Numbered from the stretch's first letter, positions 1 through 13,204 are shown. The stretch: 64,000 nucleotides of DNA from Octopus sinensis (GCF_006345805.1 NC_043002.1:32860001-32924000); one strand, 5' to 3'. Numbers and translations are program-made. Notes: generated from the sequence alone by a model not told the origin.

Positions 1-135
1 ATATACATACACAGACACACATATATACATACACAGACACACACATATATATATATATATACATACAGACACACACTCATATATATATATACATACAGAC
101 ACACACACTCATATATATATATACAGACACACACA

Positions 136-177
<42 letters not shown>

Positions 178-185
178 TACATATG
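1..185. repeat. Compound (AT)n/(AC)n/ATAC microsatellite with a ~25-30 bp higher-order unit
   Basis: Repeated ATATATATACATACAGACACACACACTC-like units. Confidence 0.9.
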
Positions 186-189
186 TTAA

Positions 190-860
190 ATAATTGTAAA
201 CTGTAACCGTCACCCTTTGGGAGAAAGAGCTTTGGTTATTGTTTAAAAATTGAATTGTGTCCCTGTTTGGGGAAATTGACGATATTTTCACCGTTTAAAC
301 GGAAGCATTTTTGTTAGAGGGCCTTCGATAGAAGAAAGTCCAAAAATGAATTTCGCTGCAGCCGTCGGCGAGCGCGAACTCATTAAAATTAAAATGGAAG
401 AAATACAAACCTATTTCGGATTGATCAACGACAAAGACAGTGATTCTAGTATAACACCACCAAACGAAATAAAAAATTAAATTAAAGAAAAGACTATAAA
501 GTATACAATGTAGAGAAAAAAGAAGATTTGAACACCTGGAGGAAAGCACCAACGAAAAGTGTCTTGGTGCGACTATGAAAGATATCTAATCAGAGGCGGT
601 AAATTCGCAACAATACAAGCAAGTTTCGAGTCAACGGAGCGTGCAAGGGAGTACTCGACTCGAACCTTGCAAAGTGGAAATATTATATTTTTACCTTTAT
701 ATCTGGGACGTAGGACGTCCCGGACAAAAATTTAAAATGCCCCCCCCCCCCAAAAGTAGAGCTAGGCTGGATTGTAGCAACACTATACAAGAGGGAGGAC
801 AAGATACAATTGGTCGAAATTGCAAGAGACGGGCCTACAATTCAAGTCTGTTATATATTT
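190..860 (+). pseudogene. Decayed Tx1/L1-type ORF1 5' fragment
   Basis: ATG at 346 (MNFAAAVG...); downstream RGGKFATIQASFESTERAREYSTRTLQSGNIIFLPLYLGRR aligns with ORF1 at 21760 (ATVEAHFETAEVARQISTQTLKNESIILLPLYLGCR); stops and frameshifts. Confidence 0.75.
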
Positions 861-1001
861 TGAGTATTGTTATCACTAGCGATATCAAGATATAATTCTG
901 TATTTTGTATTTTATGTGTAGATGTATATATATATAGATGTACATGTAAAATGTACACATATATATATATACACACACACTTATATACATGCAATAGCAG
1001 T

Positions 1002-1165
1002 ATGACCCGGGAACGACAGGGTCATTATGCTAGTAAATCGATATATATGAAACTGAGAATGTGTGTCTGTCTATGTGTGAATCCCTAAAACTTGAGAACT
1101 ACACAACCAATTTCATTCAAATTTTACACATGCATTACTTAGGGTCCATGGAGTGACATGGGCGA
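1002..1165 (+). mobile_element. Helitron-like 3' end (hairpin + CTAG) followed by the 5' part of a non-autonomous Helitron-like repeat
   Basis: ATGACCC(1002-1008)...GGGTCAT(1019-1025) stem, CTAG-T at 1030-1034; then ATATATATGAAACTGAGAATGTGTGTCTG, homologous to 6743 onward. Confidence 0.55.
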
Positions 1166-1199
1166 CATTGAGGCGACTGTACACAGCTACAAGCCCACA

Positions 1200-1272
1200 G
1201 TCGACGCGGTCGGGTCGGGTCGGGTCGGATCAAGTCGGGTCGGGTCGGGTTGAATAGTATAGAATAGAATAG
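1200..1272. repeat. (GGTCG)n and (GAATA)n pentanucleotide microsatellite
   Basis: Direct reading. Confidence 0.85.
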
Positions 1273-1273
1273 G

Positions 1274-3535
1274 CAGACAAACCCCGCGCGACGATACAAC
1301 AAAAAACGTTTACCAAAATTTACGTGTAACGCAGTAACAAAGAAAATTTTAACTCACGACTTCGAAAATGATCATTCTACTTCACCTCTTTCTTTATTAC
1401 CCACTGCGGGCCACACAGAGGGGGACACTACAAACATTGGGGACATAGAACATCACGATTACAAAGAATGAAAGATGAATTTTGAAAATGATATTATGAA
1501 AGTGATGCTAACGGCCCCATCTGCTAGCATCACTTACCTGTCCTTTAGTTGTTAATCCCACACAAATTCTCCTTGTTCAGTTCCTATGCAAAATCCTTCC
1601 ATCTCCATCCTTGTTTCAAACGTCTCTTCCAAATCCCTCATGATTTTTTCGACCATTCTCCCTTCACTTACTTCCCAATCCTCCCCTTCACACATTACCA
1701 TAAACTCGTCCATTCGTTCTTTTCCAATTACTGCATACCTGATCGTTCCTCTGTCACACCATTGATACTCTTCCATTTTCTTTTTAATCTTTTCTTTTCC
1801 CGTCATACATACATTGTTTGACCTGGGTTCATTTTATGTATCTTGGTTGTGTGTATCTTCTTTTCTGTTTTCTTGTTGGAGGAGTGTGGGTGGGTTCACT
1901 GTCTACAGGGAGATGGTGGGACTCAGAGGGTGTGGGTGATGTTGGGGTGGATTGGGGTTCCGTGTTGTTTTCTTTTCCTCTTATTCTCCTCTTCCTCTTT
2001 TTCCTGGCTTCTTCCCATTCTTTTGAATTTTCTTCTGTTGTCTCCTCCTCTGGTTTCTGCTCATTTTCCACCTCTCTTTGTGGCTCCGCATCCATTTCTT
2101 TCTCTGGGGGAGGGCAGTTAGCTCTTATGTGGCCCCTCAGGCCACACTTGTAACAACGTGGATCTCTGCCCTCAACCCACACTCTCATGATTACGCCTTC
2201 CAATCTGATGTTTTCTGTTAGGTTCTCCAGTACATCATCTTCTGCTTGTACATTCAGATCCAGTGCTGCACCCCTCTAGCCTTCGGTTTTTACCGTGGCA
2301 TGGAGGATGTCCACTTCATCTTCATGACCGCTAATTATAGCTGCCACAATCCACTCAGCTTCAACGTTTGGGGGTATTCCCTCAACCCTTATTCTGGTAA
2401 TTTTCCTGTTTAAGTATGAGGGCAAAAGGAATACCCTTTCAGATTTCACTGCTTACGCCGCCATCCTCCTTGCTATATTTTCACTCCTGAACTGTACTAC
2501 CACAGAACCATAGCTTCTACCTCTTGTCAGAAATATTATTTCCTCTTCTGTTCTACTCAGAGCCTCCTCTATCCACTCCATATTCACCACATCGATCTTT
2601 CTCTTTCCGTTTACGTAGACCCTGTATGTAATGGTCCTTTTCTCGTACCATTCTCTGCGCTTTGGTGGCGGTGCCAATTCCACCTCACCTCCGTCCTTCC
2701 TGATAAACTTCTGGTAACTTGGCAGCTTGGCTAAGTCCAACTCTCTCTCCTCTGATTTTTTAGCTACTCCAGCATAGGTATTACCTAATTTCTGGTCCAT
2801 TCTCCTCACCGCTTCCTCCAATTCCTCCTCAGACGTAAACAAGTCCGATAGGGTTTCCAATACTCTTGCCGTCTCTCCCATCAGGGAGGGGCCGTCCTTG
2901 TCTGTCTCAACACAGACAGACAAACCACGCGCGACCGTACAACAAAAAACGTTTACCAAAATTTACGTGTAACGCAGTAACAAAGAAAATTTTAACTCAC
3001 GACTTCGAAAATGATCATTCTACTTCACCTCTTTCTTTATTACCCACTGCGGGCCACACAGAAGGGGGACACTACAAACATTGGGGACATAGAACATCAC
3101 GATTACAAAGAATGAAAGATGAATTTTGAAAATGATATTATGAAAGTGATGCTAACGGCCCCATCCGCTAGCATCACTTAGCTGTCCTTTAGTTGTTAAT
3201 CCCACACAAATGCTCCTTGTTCAGTTCCTATGCAAAATCCTTCCATCTCCATCCTTGTTTCAAACGTCTCTTCCAAATCCCTCATGATTTTTTTCGACCA
3301 TTCTCACTTCACTTACTTCCCAATCCTCCCCTTCACACATTACCATAAACTCGTCCATTCGTTCTTTTCCAATTACTGCATACCTGATCGTTCCTCTGTC
3401 ACACCATTGATACTCTTCCATTTTCTTTTTAATCTTTTCTTTTCCCGTCATACATACAATGTTTGGCCTGGGTTCATTTTTGTATCTTGCTTGTGTGTCT
3501 TTTCTTTTCTGTTTTCTTGTTGGAAGGGAGCGGGT
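1274..3535 (-). mobile_element. Tandem ORF1-only Tx1/L1-type element, ~1643 bp period, ~1.4 units
   Basis: 1274-1890 is near-identical to 2917-3535; ORF1 runs from ATG 2881 to ~1552 with two in-frame stops and a frameshift; CCHC knuckle RCYKCGLRGHIRANC; 3' UTR ends AATAAAGAAA; no EN/RT. Confidence 0.75.
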
Positions 3536-3789
3536 GGCCTTCGGTTTTCAACAATTTTAGTAAGGATTACGAGGCTTAAATAAGAAATTAAAACGATTGA
3601 CTGGAGAAAGTTTATTTAATCATGCAAATAATAGCTTATAGGAATATTCCATTATTATACTACTATAACCAAGGAATATTTATATACACTTGCGAAAATA
3701 AATTGAAGACAGATGATAAAAGTTCGATTTCTTATAAAATGATAATGCTAAATATAAACGTTTCAAATTTACCGGCAAAATTAGTTTCA

Positions 3790-4690
3790 GACCGTATCAT
3801 TCTTAATAACTAGTGATTACAAAATTCTATGGGAATGTTTTGCCATATTTCATTGATATAATCGAATAATTGTTTTAGATTAGATGGTTTTTTTAGCATA
3901 ATTCCACAAGTTCTCGATCGGATTTAGGTTCGAGCTCTGGGGAGGCCATTCGATTACGTCAATATTATGGTGATCAAATAATTCCATAACATTTTTGGAT
4001 TTGTGCACAGGACTATTGTCCTGCTGATAAATAGCCCCCGGAGGCATTTGGTGAGTCAAATATGGCACATTATCCTTTAGTAGATTCATATAACCTACAC
4101 TATTTAGCTTTCCATCAACTTTAACTAGAGGGCTAACACCTAAGCTACTAAATGCCGCCCACACCATCATTCCCACCCCCCGCTTGCACCATCTTTTTCA
4201 CGCATTTCGGATGGAATTCCTCGGTTGGGCGATGTCTGACATATGTTTTACCATCTGATCCAAATAGTCAGAAGCGTGAATCGTCACTCCAAAGGACCCT
4301 GCACCAATCTTCGGCTGTCCATTGAGCATGGCTTTTTTCGAAATTAAGACGTTTGAGTCGACTTTTTCGGATATTATAGGCTTTTTCCATGTAGTCCAAA
4401 TTCTCTCAAACGGTTGCGGACGGTTTATGGTGTAAAAATATCACCATTCTCGTTGGACAATTGTTTACAAATATCAACGTCTGTCAGCATTCAGTTGCCT
4501 TCCGAAAGTCGGTGGATTCGACGGTCCAACTGCGCCATCCTTTTTCTTGGGGCGCCAGTCCTTTACCGATCTTTATATTGACCCGTCTCCAAAAATAACT
4601 TACACACTTGCACACAAGCTGTTTTACTGCACTTTAGTAGTTTGCTGATTTTCGAAAAGGAACCGTTTTGCTGCTGGAATATCACGATTT
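3790..4690 (-). mobile_element. Tc1-family transposase remnant
   Basis: ORF 3880-4176 has WAAFS, YQQDNSPVHKS and WPPQSSNLNPIENLW (DD34E region); broken upstream frames give RTGAPRK and TVRNRLREFGLHG; TIRs not identified. Confidence 0.85.
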
Positions 4691-4711
4691 TTGTTCTCTT
4701 GACTGGACTGA

Positions 4712-6735
4712 AGCTACGTTTCTAGCCCTATTTTCCTTCTTAGGTGGAAGGTGAAGAGATCCACCAACCCAGGGCCAGAGATAAAAATGCCTGTTATTAA
4801 ACCTTTCATTCGCGTCTTCCAAATCACCTTTCTTGCTATTGCTACTACGATGAGAAAGCAATTCTTACCTTCTTTCGATAGGAAATCCGGTGGGTCAATT
4901 TTTACTATTGACTCAGTCGGTAACTGTACTCTTCCTGTACTAGACAATAGTTGTTCGGCATAAACCCACACATCTGAAACCACCGAACACTGAACAATAG
5001 CATGCGGGACGGTTTCCCTGACTCGCCCACATCTTGGACAGGTCGGTGGGTTAGGGCCACCATGATTGCGAGTTTGTCCCGGACAGGTAAGACTCCTCGG
5101 TAACATTGCCATGCCAAAGACGTCTGGAAGTTATCTAGTGTCTTCGGCCCGAATGTACGTTGGAACAGATTGTCGAGACCTAGGGCTTCCCCAAGCTATC
5201 GTCACATTTCGCCTCTACCAACCCTCTATAGAAGAATGTGGTAGAACCACTACCGCAGGTGTTGCCTGAGAGATGGAATATCTGGAGAGCCTTACGACAC
5301 TCCGTACACCATGTACCCAACTTCGATCTACGATAGAACCAGATCTCCAGTCCAGCGAAGTAAGTGAACTTGGGAAACAACTGTTTCGCCAGCGGAGACC
5401 ACAACTGATCACCATCCAGATGGAGCCACAGATGCCTCAACCTCAGCGCATGCCTGCGCATCATCAGCCAAGGCATCCGTAGCCCACCCTTTAACGGTTG
5501 TTGGCAGTAAATAGAGCGTCTCACAAGCGTATTCGAACCCTTCCACAAGAAGCGAAAGAGCTATCTTTCCAGCTTGCTCAACCACGAATCAGGGCAGGGA
5601 ACGACGGTTAGGCGGTAGGTGATGACCGATGCGATGAACACATTGGCCACCTCCGCCCTTCCTGGCTCAATTTTCGCAGCAATGGCTCAAGAGCCATTAC
5701 ATACAAAAGCGGAGAGACAGGACACCCTTGACGAACCGAGCGTTTGAAGCTGAGCGGCTTAGATAAAAAGCCGTTCACCCGAACTACCGAGTCGATGTTG
5801 TTATAAATTTCAATGATCCACTTGAAGAAGCTAATACCCAGGCCGAACTGTGCCAGAACGGACACCAGGTAATGATGGTCTACCCTATCAAAAGCCTTTG
5901 ATTGGTCTAAATCGACCACTGTCTCTCCCTTGCAAGAATCATAATGAAACTCTTCTACAGTGTACTGTAGAAGATGGAGTGGTTCTACCGGGAAACGGCA
6001 CATGCCTGTGCCTTCCCGATTGGCGACACGCGCCAATCTTTTCGAGAACACTTTAATCAAAATCTTCAACTCTGTGTTTAGCAGAGTGATGGGCCGAAAA
6101 TTATCAATGCAGTCCCCCCTTGTCCGGGTCCCTTCTGACAAGCCTCACCATTCCCCGGCGCACAGATTTGGGAATGAACCCATTCTGCTGCCAGTTCGCG
6201 TAGACATTCGCCAGCAGGGGCCCGAACAAGTCTGGCATACTCTTATACAGTTCATAGGGTAGACCATTTAGTCCCGGTCACTTACCCGCGTCGCGGTGCG
6301 CCATAGCCTCAATTACCTCCTCAGGCGTGATCGGCCCTTCGCAACACTCTGCGTCAAGCTCTGAGAGGCGCGGTAGTCCGGCGAGGAAATCCGTTAGGTC
6401 CCTCTTACTGTCCGGTCCGCTTCCCCCACCCCGAAAAGCTGGGTGAAGTGCTCCTGAAAGACCTCACGCATCTCCTCTAGCTCGTTTATCAACTTACCTC
6501 TTTGGTTCATCAAAGATCGAATTGTGCCATCATTTTCCACGTTGGGCTTCCACCACCCGGGCCCATTCTGCTGCCTTGATTCCTTCACAACCAATGTACG
6601 AATCCTGGCTCCGACAATGCAACCCATGTTGGGCTTCGAGATACTGGTTTAACGCCAGTCACTTGGCCGTCACCTGAGCTGCAGAGACAGATTCCATTGC
6701 TTCCTCCAAGTCCTTAGCTAATGCTAATCCCTTCC
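4712..6735 (-). mobile_element. 5'-truncated Tx1/L1-type ORF2 (RT plus C-terminal zinc region), decayed
   Basis: NFRPITLLNTELKIL, DQSKAFDRVDH, SVRQGCPVSPLLY, CPRCGRVRETVPHAIVQC; homologous to ORF2 at 24629-26400. Confidence 0.9.
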
Positions 6736-6742
6736 TAGTATA

Positions 6743-7090
6743 TCTATATATATAAAACTGAGAATGTGTGTCTGTCTGTCTGTCTGTGTCAATCCCTAAA
6801 ACTTGAGAACTACACGACCAATTTCATTCAAATTTTACACATGCCTTACTTAGGGTCCATGGAGTGTCATTTGCAAAAACAATTTTAACTTCTTGCCTAG
6901 GGCGAGCCCATAGCAATATCATATCTTCTCCACTATGAATCCCTATAACTTGAGAACTACACAACCAATTTCATTCGAATTTTAGACATGCCTTACTTAG
7001 GGTCCATGAAGTGTCATGGGCAAAAGAAATGTTTAACTTCTTGCCTAGGGCGGGCCCACAGCAATATCATATCTTCTCCACTATTTCAGT
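6743..7090 (+). mobile_element. Non-autonomous Helitron-like repeat with a 147 bp internal tandem duplication
   Basis: Starts TCTATATATATAAAACTGAGAATGTGTGTCTGTCTG; units 6791-6937 and 6938-7084. Confidence 0.5.
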
Positions 7091-7126
7091 ATTACATGTT
7101 AAAAGTGAAATAAAAACAGCTCTCTA

Positions 7127-7140
7127 TTGTATGTATATGG

Positions 7141-7217
<77 letters not shown>

Positions 7218-7775
7218 ATATATATATATATATATACATGTATATATATATAGATATATATGCATACATGTATATGTATACATGTATGTCTAGATGCATA
7301 TATATATAGATGTACATGTAATATATACACATATATACACCCATACACACACCTCCACCCCACCCACCCACACACACACACATATACATAGGTGCAGGGT
7401 GGCTGTGTGGTAACAAACTTGGTTCCAAAACACATGGTCCTCAGTTCAGTCCCACTCTGTGGTAACTTGGCATGTGTCTTCTGCTAAAACCTGAGACCAA
7501 CCAAAGCCTTGTCAGTGGATTTTGTAGACAGAAGCTGAAAGAAATCAATTGTATGTATATGTATGTATATATATGTAAGTCTATGTGTGTATCTTTGTGT
7601 TTATCCCTTATCACTGCTTCACAACTGGTGTTCGTTTATTTACATCCCCATAACTTACTGGTTTCACAAGAAGAAACTGATAGAATAAGTATCAGGCTTA
7701 TCAAAATATAAAAAAGCACTACGCAGTGTCTCATATTTTTGTTTGCCAACTCAGTTGTATCTATCAATTTAGCTT

Positions 7776-7829
<54 letters not shown>

Positions 7830-8480
7830 GTATACACACACACACACACAAAGCTAAATTGATAGATACAACTGAGTTGGCAAACAAAAATATGAGACAC
7901 TGCGTAGTGCTTTTTTATATTTTGATAAGCCTGATACTTATTCTATCAGTTTCTTCTTGTGAAACCAGTAAGTTATGGGGATGTAAATAAACGAACACCA
8001 GTTGTGAAGCAGTGATAAGGGATAAACACAAAGATACACACATAGACTTACATATATATACATACATATACATACAATTGATTTCTTTCAGCTTCTGTCT
8101 ACAAAATCCACTGACAAGGCTTTGGTTGGTCTCAGGTTTTAGCAGAAGACACATGCCAAGTTACCACAGAGTGGGACTGAACTGAGGACCATGTGTTTTG
8201 GAACCAAGTTTGTTACCACACAGCCACCCTGCACCTATGTATATGTGTGTGTGTGTGGGTGGGTGGGGTGGAGGTGTGTGTATGGGTGTATATATGTGTA
8301 TATATTACATGTACATCTATATATATATACATCTAGACATACATGTATACATATACATGTATGCATATACATCTATATATATATACATGTATATATATAC
8401 ATCCATATACATACAATAGAGAGCAATATATATATATATATGTATGTATATATATATATGGATTTCGTATACAGGGACTG
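7127..8480. repeat. Long inverted repeat (~650 bp arms) centred on an (AT)n/(GT)n run near 7815, containing two opposed SINE copies
   Basis: ORF-track translations of 7472-7711(+) and 7915-8154(-) are identical. Confidence 0.9.
7390..7720 (+). mobile_element. SINE family A, diverged copy (mirror copy at ~7905-8260 on minus)
   Basis: GGCTGTGTGGTAA head, AGTTCAGTCCCACT B-box-like region, body shared with the 37751 and 45499 copies. Confidence 0.75.
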
Positions 8481-8530
8481 AAACAAATCAATCATATATA
8501 TATGTATGTATATATGTAAGTGTATGTGTA

Positions 8531-11220
8531 TTGGTATTGGCAACATAAATGACAATGGTCAGAGACTACTTGAATTTTTCACATACCATAACCCGTCCAT
8601 CACCAAAACATTCTTTGCCAACAAGACATCCCACAAGGCATCTTGGAGACATCCAATATCTCACCACTGGCATCAGCTGGATCTCATCATTACACGAAGA
8701 TCCTTTCTGAATTCTGTTCAACTGACCCGTAGTTACCCCAGTGTGGATTATGACATACATCATTCACTAATAAGAAGCAGGGTGAGGATTCTGCCTAACA
8801 AAATCCATCACTCCAAGAAAATGGGCCGACCTCGCATTAACACTGCCAGAACCTCGGACCCTACACTGCGACAATGTTTTGCTGTTTCCATCACGGTTGC
8901 CCTCAGTAGCTGCCCAATCTCCTCTGCTGAAAGTAGGTGGAATTATATCAGGGAAGCTTTGTATACCACATCAATAGATACTTTCGGCATGAGAGAAAGG
9001 CAAAACCCAGATTGGTTCAGTGCTGGGCTCTCAGAGCTGGAGCTCTGATGCAATAAAAAAGTGCTTCCTCTACAAAGTCACTCGAAGAACTCAGAAAGGC
9101 AAGAGATAAAACCCAACTGACTGCCAGACGCTACGCAAATAGGTATTGGCAGGAAATCTGTCAGAGTATCCAGTCAGCTGCTAACAGTGGCGACACCCAT
9201 GGGATGTATGCCGGTTTGAAGAAGATCCTCGGTCCATCCGCAACCAAGTCAGCCCCTCTGAAATCAACTACTGGAGATCTGATCAAGGACCAAAGCAAGC
9301 AAATGGATATATGAGTGGAGTACTACCAGGATCTCTACTCACGGGAGACCACGGTAGCTGAGGCTGCAATCGTGGGTTTCAAGATCTTGCCAGTCATGTG
9401 TGAACTTGACAGTCTGCCATCTATAGCAGAGCTCACCAAAGCTATTGACTCCCTAGCAAGTAACAAGGCTCCGGGAAAAGACGTTATCCCCTTAGAGATC
9501 ATCAAAACCGGCAAAAACACTATCCTGCTTCGGGACCTTCATGAGCTTCTGTATCAGTGCTGGGGAGAGGGTACAGTCCCTCAGGATATGCGGGATGCTA
9601 ACATCATTACGCTTTACAAAAACAAAGGTGAACGTGGTGATTGTAACAATTATCGTGGAATATCTCTTCTAAACACTGTTGGAAAGGCCTTTACTCGCGT
9701 TATCCTGTCCAGGCTACTACTACTTGCTTCTCGAATTTATCCAGAATCGCAGTGTGGCTTTAGAAGAAGCATATCAACTATTGACATGATATTCTCCATA
9801 CGCCAACTTCAGGAGAAGTCCAGAGAGCAGAAAATGCCATTATATATGGCCTTCATTGATCTGACAAAGGCCTTTGACTTGGTAAGTAGAAAAGGCCTCT
9901 TCATCCTGCTCCAAAAATCGAATGTCCACCAAAGCTGCTGAGGTTCATCAAATCTTTCCCTGATGATATGCAAGGCACCATACAGCACAATGGTTCAATA
10001 TCAGCCGCCTTCCAAATAAAAAACGGGGTAAAGCAAGGTTGTGCTTTTGCTCCTACATTATTTGGCATCTTCTCGCTACTACTGTCACATGCCTTTCAGA
10101 CATCAGATGATGGAGTGTTCTGCACAGTAGAAGTGACGGGAAACTGTTCGATTTCTCGCGTCTGCGTGTCAAGACAAAAATCAGAAGCGTCCTGATCAAG
10201 GAGGTGCTATTTGCTAATGATGCCGCTCTGGTATCACACACAGAAGAAGCCCTACAAAGGCTCATCAACTGTTTTGAACAAGCATGTAGCGACTTTGGCT
10301 TAGTTATCAGCCTCAAGAAGATCAACATCATGGGTCAGGCTACATCGGACATCCCAAACATACATATTGGAGACCACAGACTACAAGAGGTGGAGAAGTT
10401 TACCTATCTTAGCTCTACCGTCACCTACAACCTATCCTTTGATGCTGAGCTCAATATACGCATTGGCAAGGCAGCTGCTGTGATGGCCCAACTATCCAAT
10501 TGGGCATGGGACAAAAATAAGTTGACCAAGACCAAAAAATGAAGATTTACCAGGCATGTGTACTTAGCACTCTACTGTATGGAAGTAAGACTTGGACGCC
10601 ATACATACGTCGTACGACGCCATACGTCGCCTAAATATCTTTCACCTGCTCTGCCTCCGGAAAATCCTTCGCATCAAATGGCAGAATCATGTCCGCAACA
10701 AAGATATCTTCAAGCAAGCAGGAATACCAAGCATATTTGCACTCCTTACACAAAGAGGAGATGGCTTGGACATGTTAGCCGTATGGAAGATGACAGAATT
10801 CCCAAGGACATATTCTACGGAGAGCTTGCTAGGGGCAGTAGGTCTGTGGGAAGACCGTTCTTACGATACAAGGATGTTTGCAAAAGGGACATGAATGCCT
10901 GCAACATCAATATTACCAACTGGGAAGCAGTTGCCAGCAACCGTGGAGATTGGCGATGTACCGTAAAAGAGGGAACACAAAGAGTGACATAGAGAGAGGG
11001 GAGAAATGGAAAGACAAGAAAAGATGTCAACAAGAAAGTATGACATTACAACCAGCCAGTCTTCGTTACATTTGCGGCACCTGCCAGAGGGAGTGTTTGT
11101 CCAGGATAGGACTACACAGTCACAGCAGGAGATGTATTAGGACATGAAATGTAAAAGCCGGACTAGATTATTTTATACGCAACTCCATTGTCTCCCGAGA
11201 CAAAAAGGATGCCACCAACA
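8531..11220 (+). mobile_element. 5'-truncated RTE-clade LINE (end of EN, RT, C-terminus, 3' tail), decayed
   Basis: NDNGQRLLEF, WRHP...WHQLDLIITRR, NYRGISLLN, YPESQCGFR, FIDLTKAFD, GVKQGC, LFANDAAL, RIGLHSHSRRC; tail CCATTGTCTCCCGAGACAAAAAGGATGCC. Confidence 0.9.
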
Positions 11221-11560
11221 ATATATATTGATTTCGTAGACAGGAACTGAAACAAATCAATCGTATATATATGTATATATGTAAGTGTATGTATGTGTCT
11301 TTGTCTCTGTGTTTCGCTCTCATCACTGCTTCACAACTGCTGTTCATTTATTTACATCCACTAAACTTACTGGTTTCACAAGAAGAAACTAATAGAATAA
11401 GTACCAGGCTTATCCATATAAAAAAGCACTGGGCTGTGTCTCATATTTTTGTTTGCCCAATCAGTTGTATCTATCAATTTATCTTTGTATGTTTGTGTGT
11501 ATATATCTATATCTATCTATCTATCTCTCTATCTATTTATCTTTCTGTCTATCTATCTAC

Positions 11561-11649
<89 letters not shown>

Positions 11650-13009
11650 CCTTAATGGGAGCCTTAACTCCCAAATTTTAGTCATTTCTTTTTTTATCCA
11701 AAACTAGGTCAAAAGTACTGAATGGATCTTTATGAAATTTGGAAATTATATTCTATGCATAAGGGCCATAACCTCCATGACAATTCATATATTTTTGCTG
11801 TTGAGGAAATTTTAACCATAGATATTAGTCACAAATGAAGTAATATTTATAAAATTTCATCTTCTTACAAGTTATAAAGACCCCACCATGGGGACTTAAC
11901 ACCCACAATTTTGTCATTTTATCAAAGCGAAAACGAATCGAGTTGCGCTCTTGGAAGCTGTGGGGTTACTCGAGCATAAAAGTTGAGCATTATTTGTAAT
12001 TCAATGGTACAACAGTGTAAGAGTTTGCTTTGGCATACACTTACATTGTGATTTCTGCAATGTGGTGCATAAATTGTCAAGTAAATGAGAGGCATCTTTG
12101 CCTCCACTGATTCAGTTGCAAAGTGTTGAGTAAAGTTATTTGATCGCAGACCTCCTTTCAGTCTTTTTATTATCACTCGGTCACACATAGTCCCCAGATG
12201 GTAACATTGATTTCAAGGCCTTCCCAGATGAGTGACTGGTTATTCAAAGACATTTATAGACTGTAAATTTATTCTGTCCAGTTACATATCCTTTGCAAAC
12301 TCCAACTTTCATTTCTCCTTAGCCCTCACGTCACACAGTTGTTAATGTTTATTTCAGTTGGGTCATCCCTTCCAATTGCTATAGATTCGTAATGCATCTT
12401 ACGGCTGTGCTTGTCACCTGGATCATGAGGAATCCTACATTAGGAGTGGTAACGACTAGGGTAGGGCAACTGACTGTTTATTGTGATCATTCGTATTTTG
12501 GTTTCCTGTAGCTTTGCTCTCTTTTACAAACCCAGTGAACATGTATTTCTTATTTCAAAGAAATTCAAACAATAGTTATAAGACCCAAGTAAAAAAGATT
12601 TTCAACAATTCACCTTCTCTGATTGACATTAAGATGCCCACCCCCAACAGGGGCCTTAACTCTTACATTTTAGAGCTCTATGACCTTCATTTTTCAGGAG
12701 GAAAATCTTTTTAACACGTTCAATATGACTGGAATTTTGGAATATGCGCATAAAAACCAGTAGTATGGGATATATGTCGCACGATTACAATTTGTTTGGA
12801 GTGTGTAAAGAGGGAAATAACCCTCATCTGCAATTTTGATGAAATTCGAAACATAGATATTCCAGTTCATTAGAGAAAATATAACAGAAAAGTCTGATTG
12901 TTCAATTGTATGTAACATTGGCAACGCCGGGTAGCTCTGCTAATACCATACTAAATTCTGGTGCCTTTAACGTAAGTACCATATTCAACTGAAGCTAAAT
13001 TTTACTGAA

Positions 13010-13123
<114 letters not shown>

Positions 13124-13204
13124 CTTAGTAAAAAGTAAAAAATAAAAGATCTTAAACTATATGGTTGGAAAGGTATAAACAAGTTAATTAGGTATAGCCA
13201 GAAT

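Noticed and set aside
7011-7435. ORFs rich in YI/CV/HT repeats here and throughout (e.g. 11271-11707, 39609-40508, 46617-47192, 51582-52729, 53807-54729)
   Set aside because: These are translations of (AT)n, (GT)n, (AGAT)n and (GTT)n microsatellites with no coding signal
12915-12950. GGCAACGCCGGGTAGCTCTGCTAAT as a Helitron 3' end
   Set aside because: The hairpin is weak, CTAG is mutated and there is no matching 5' end nearby
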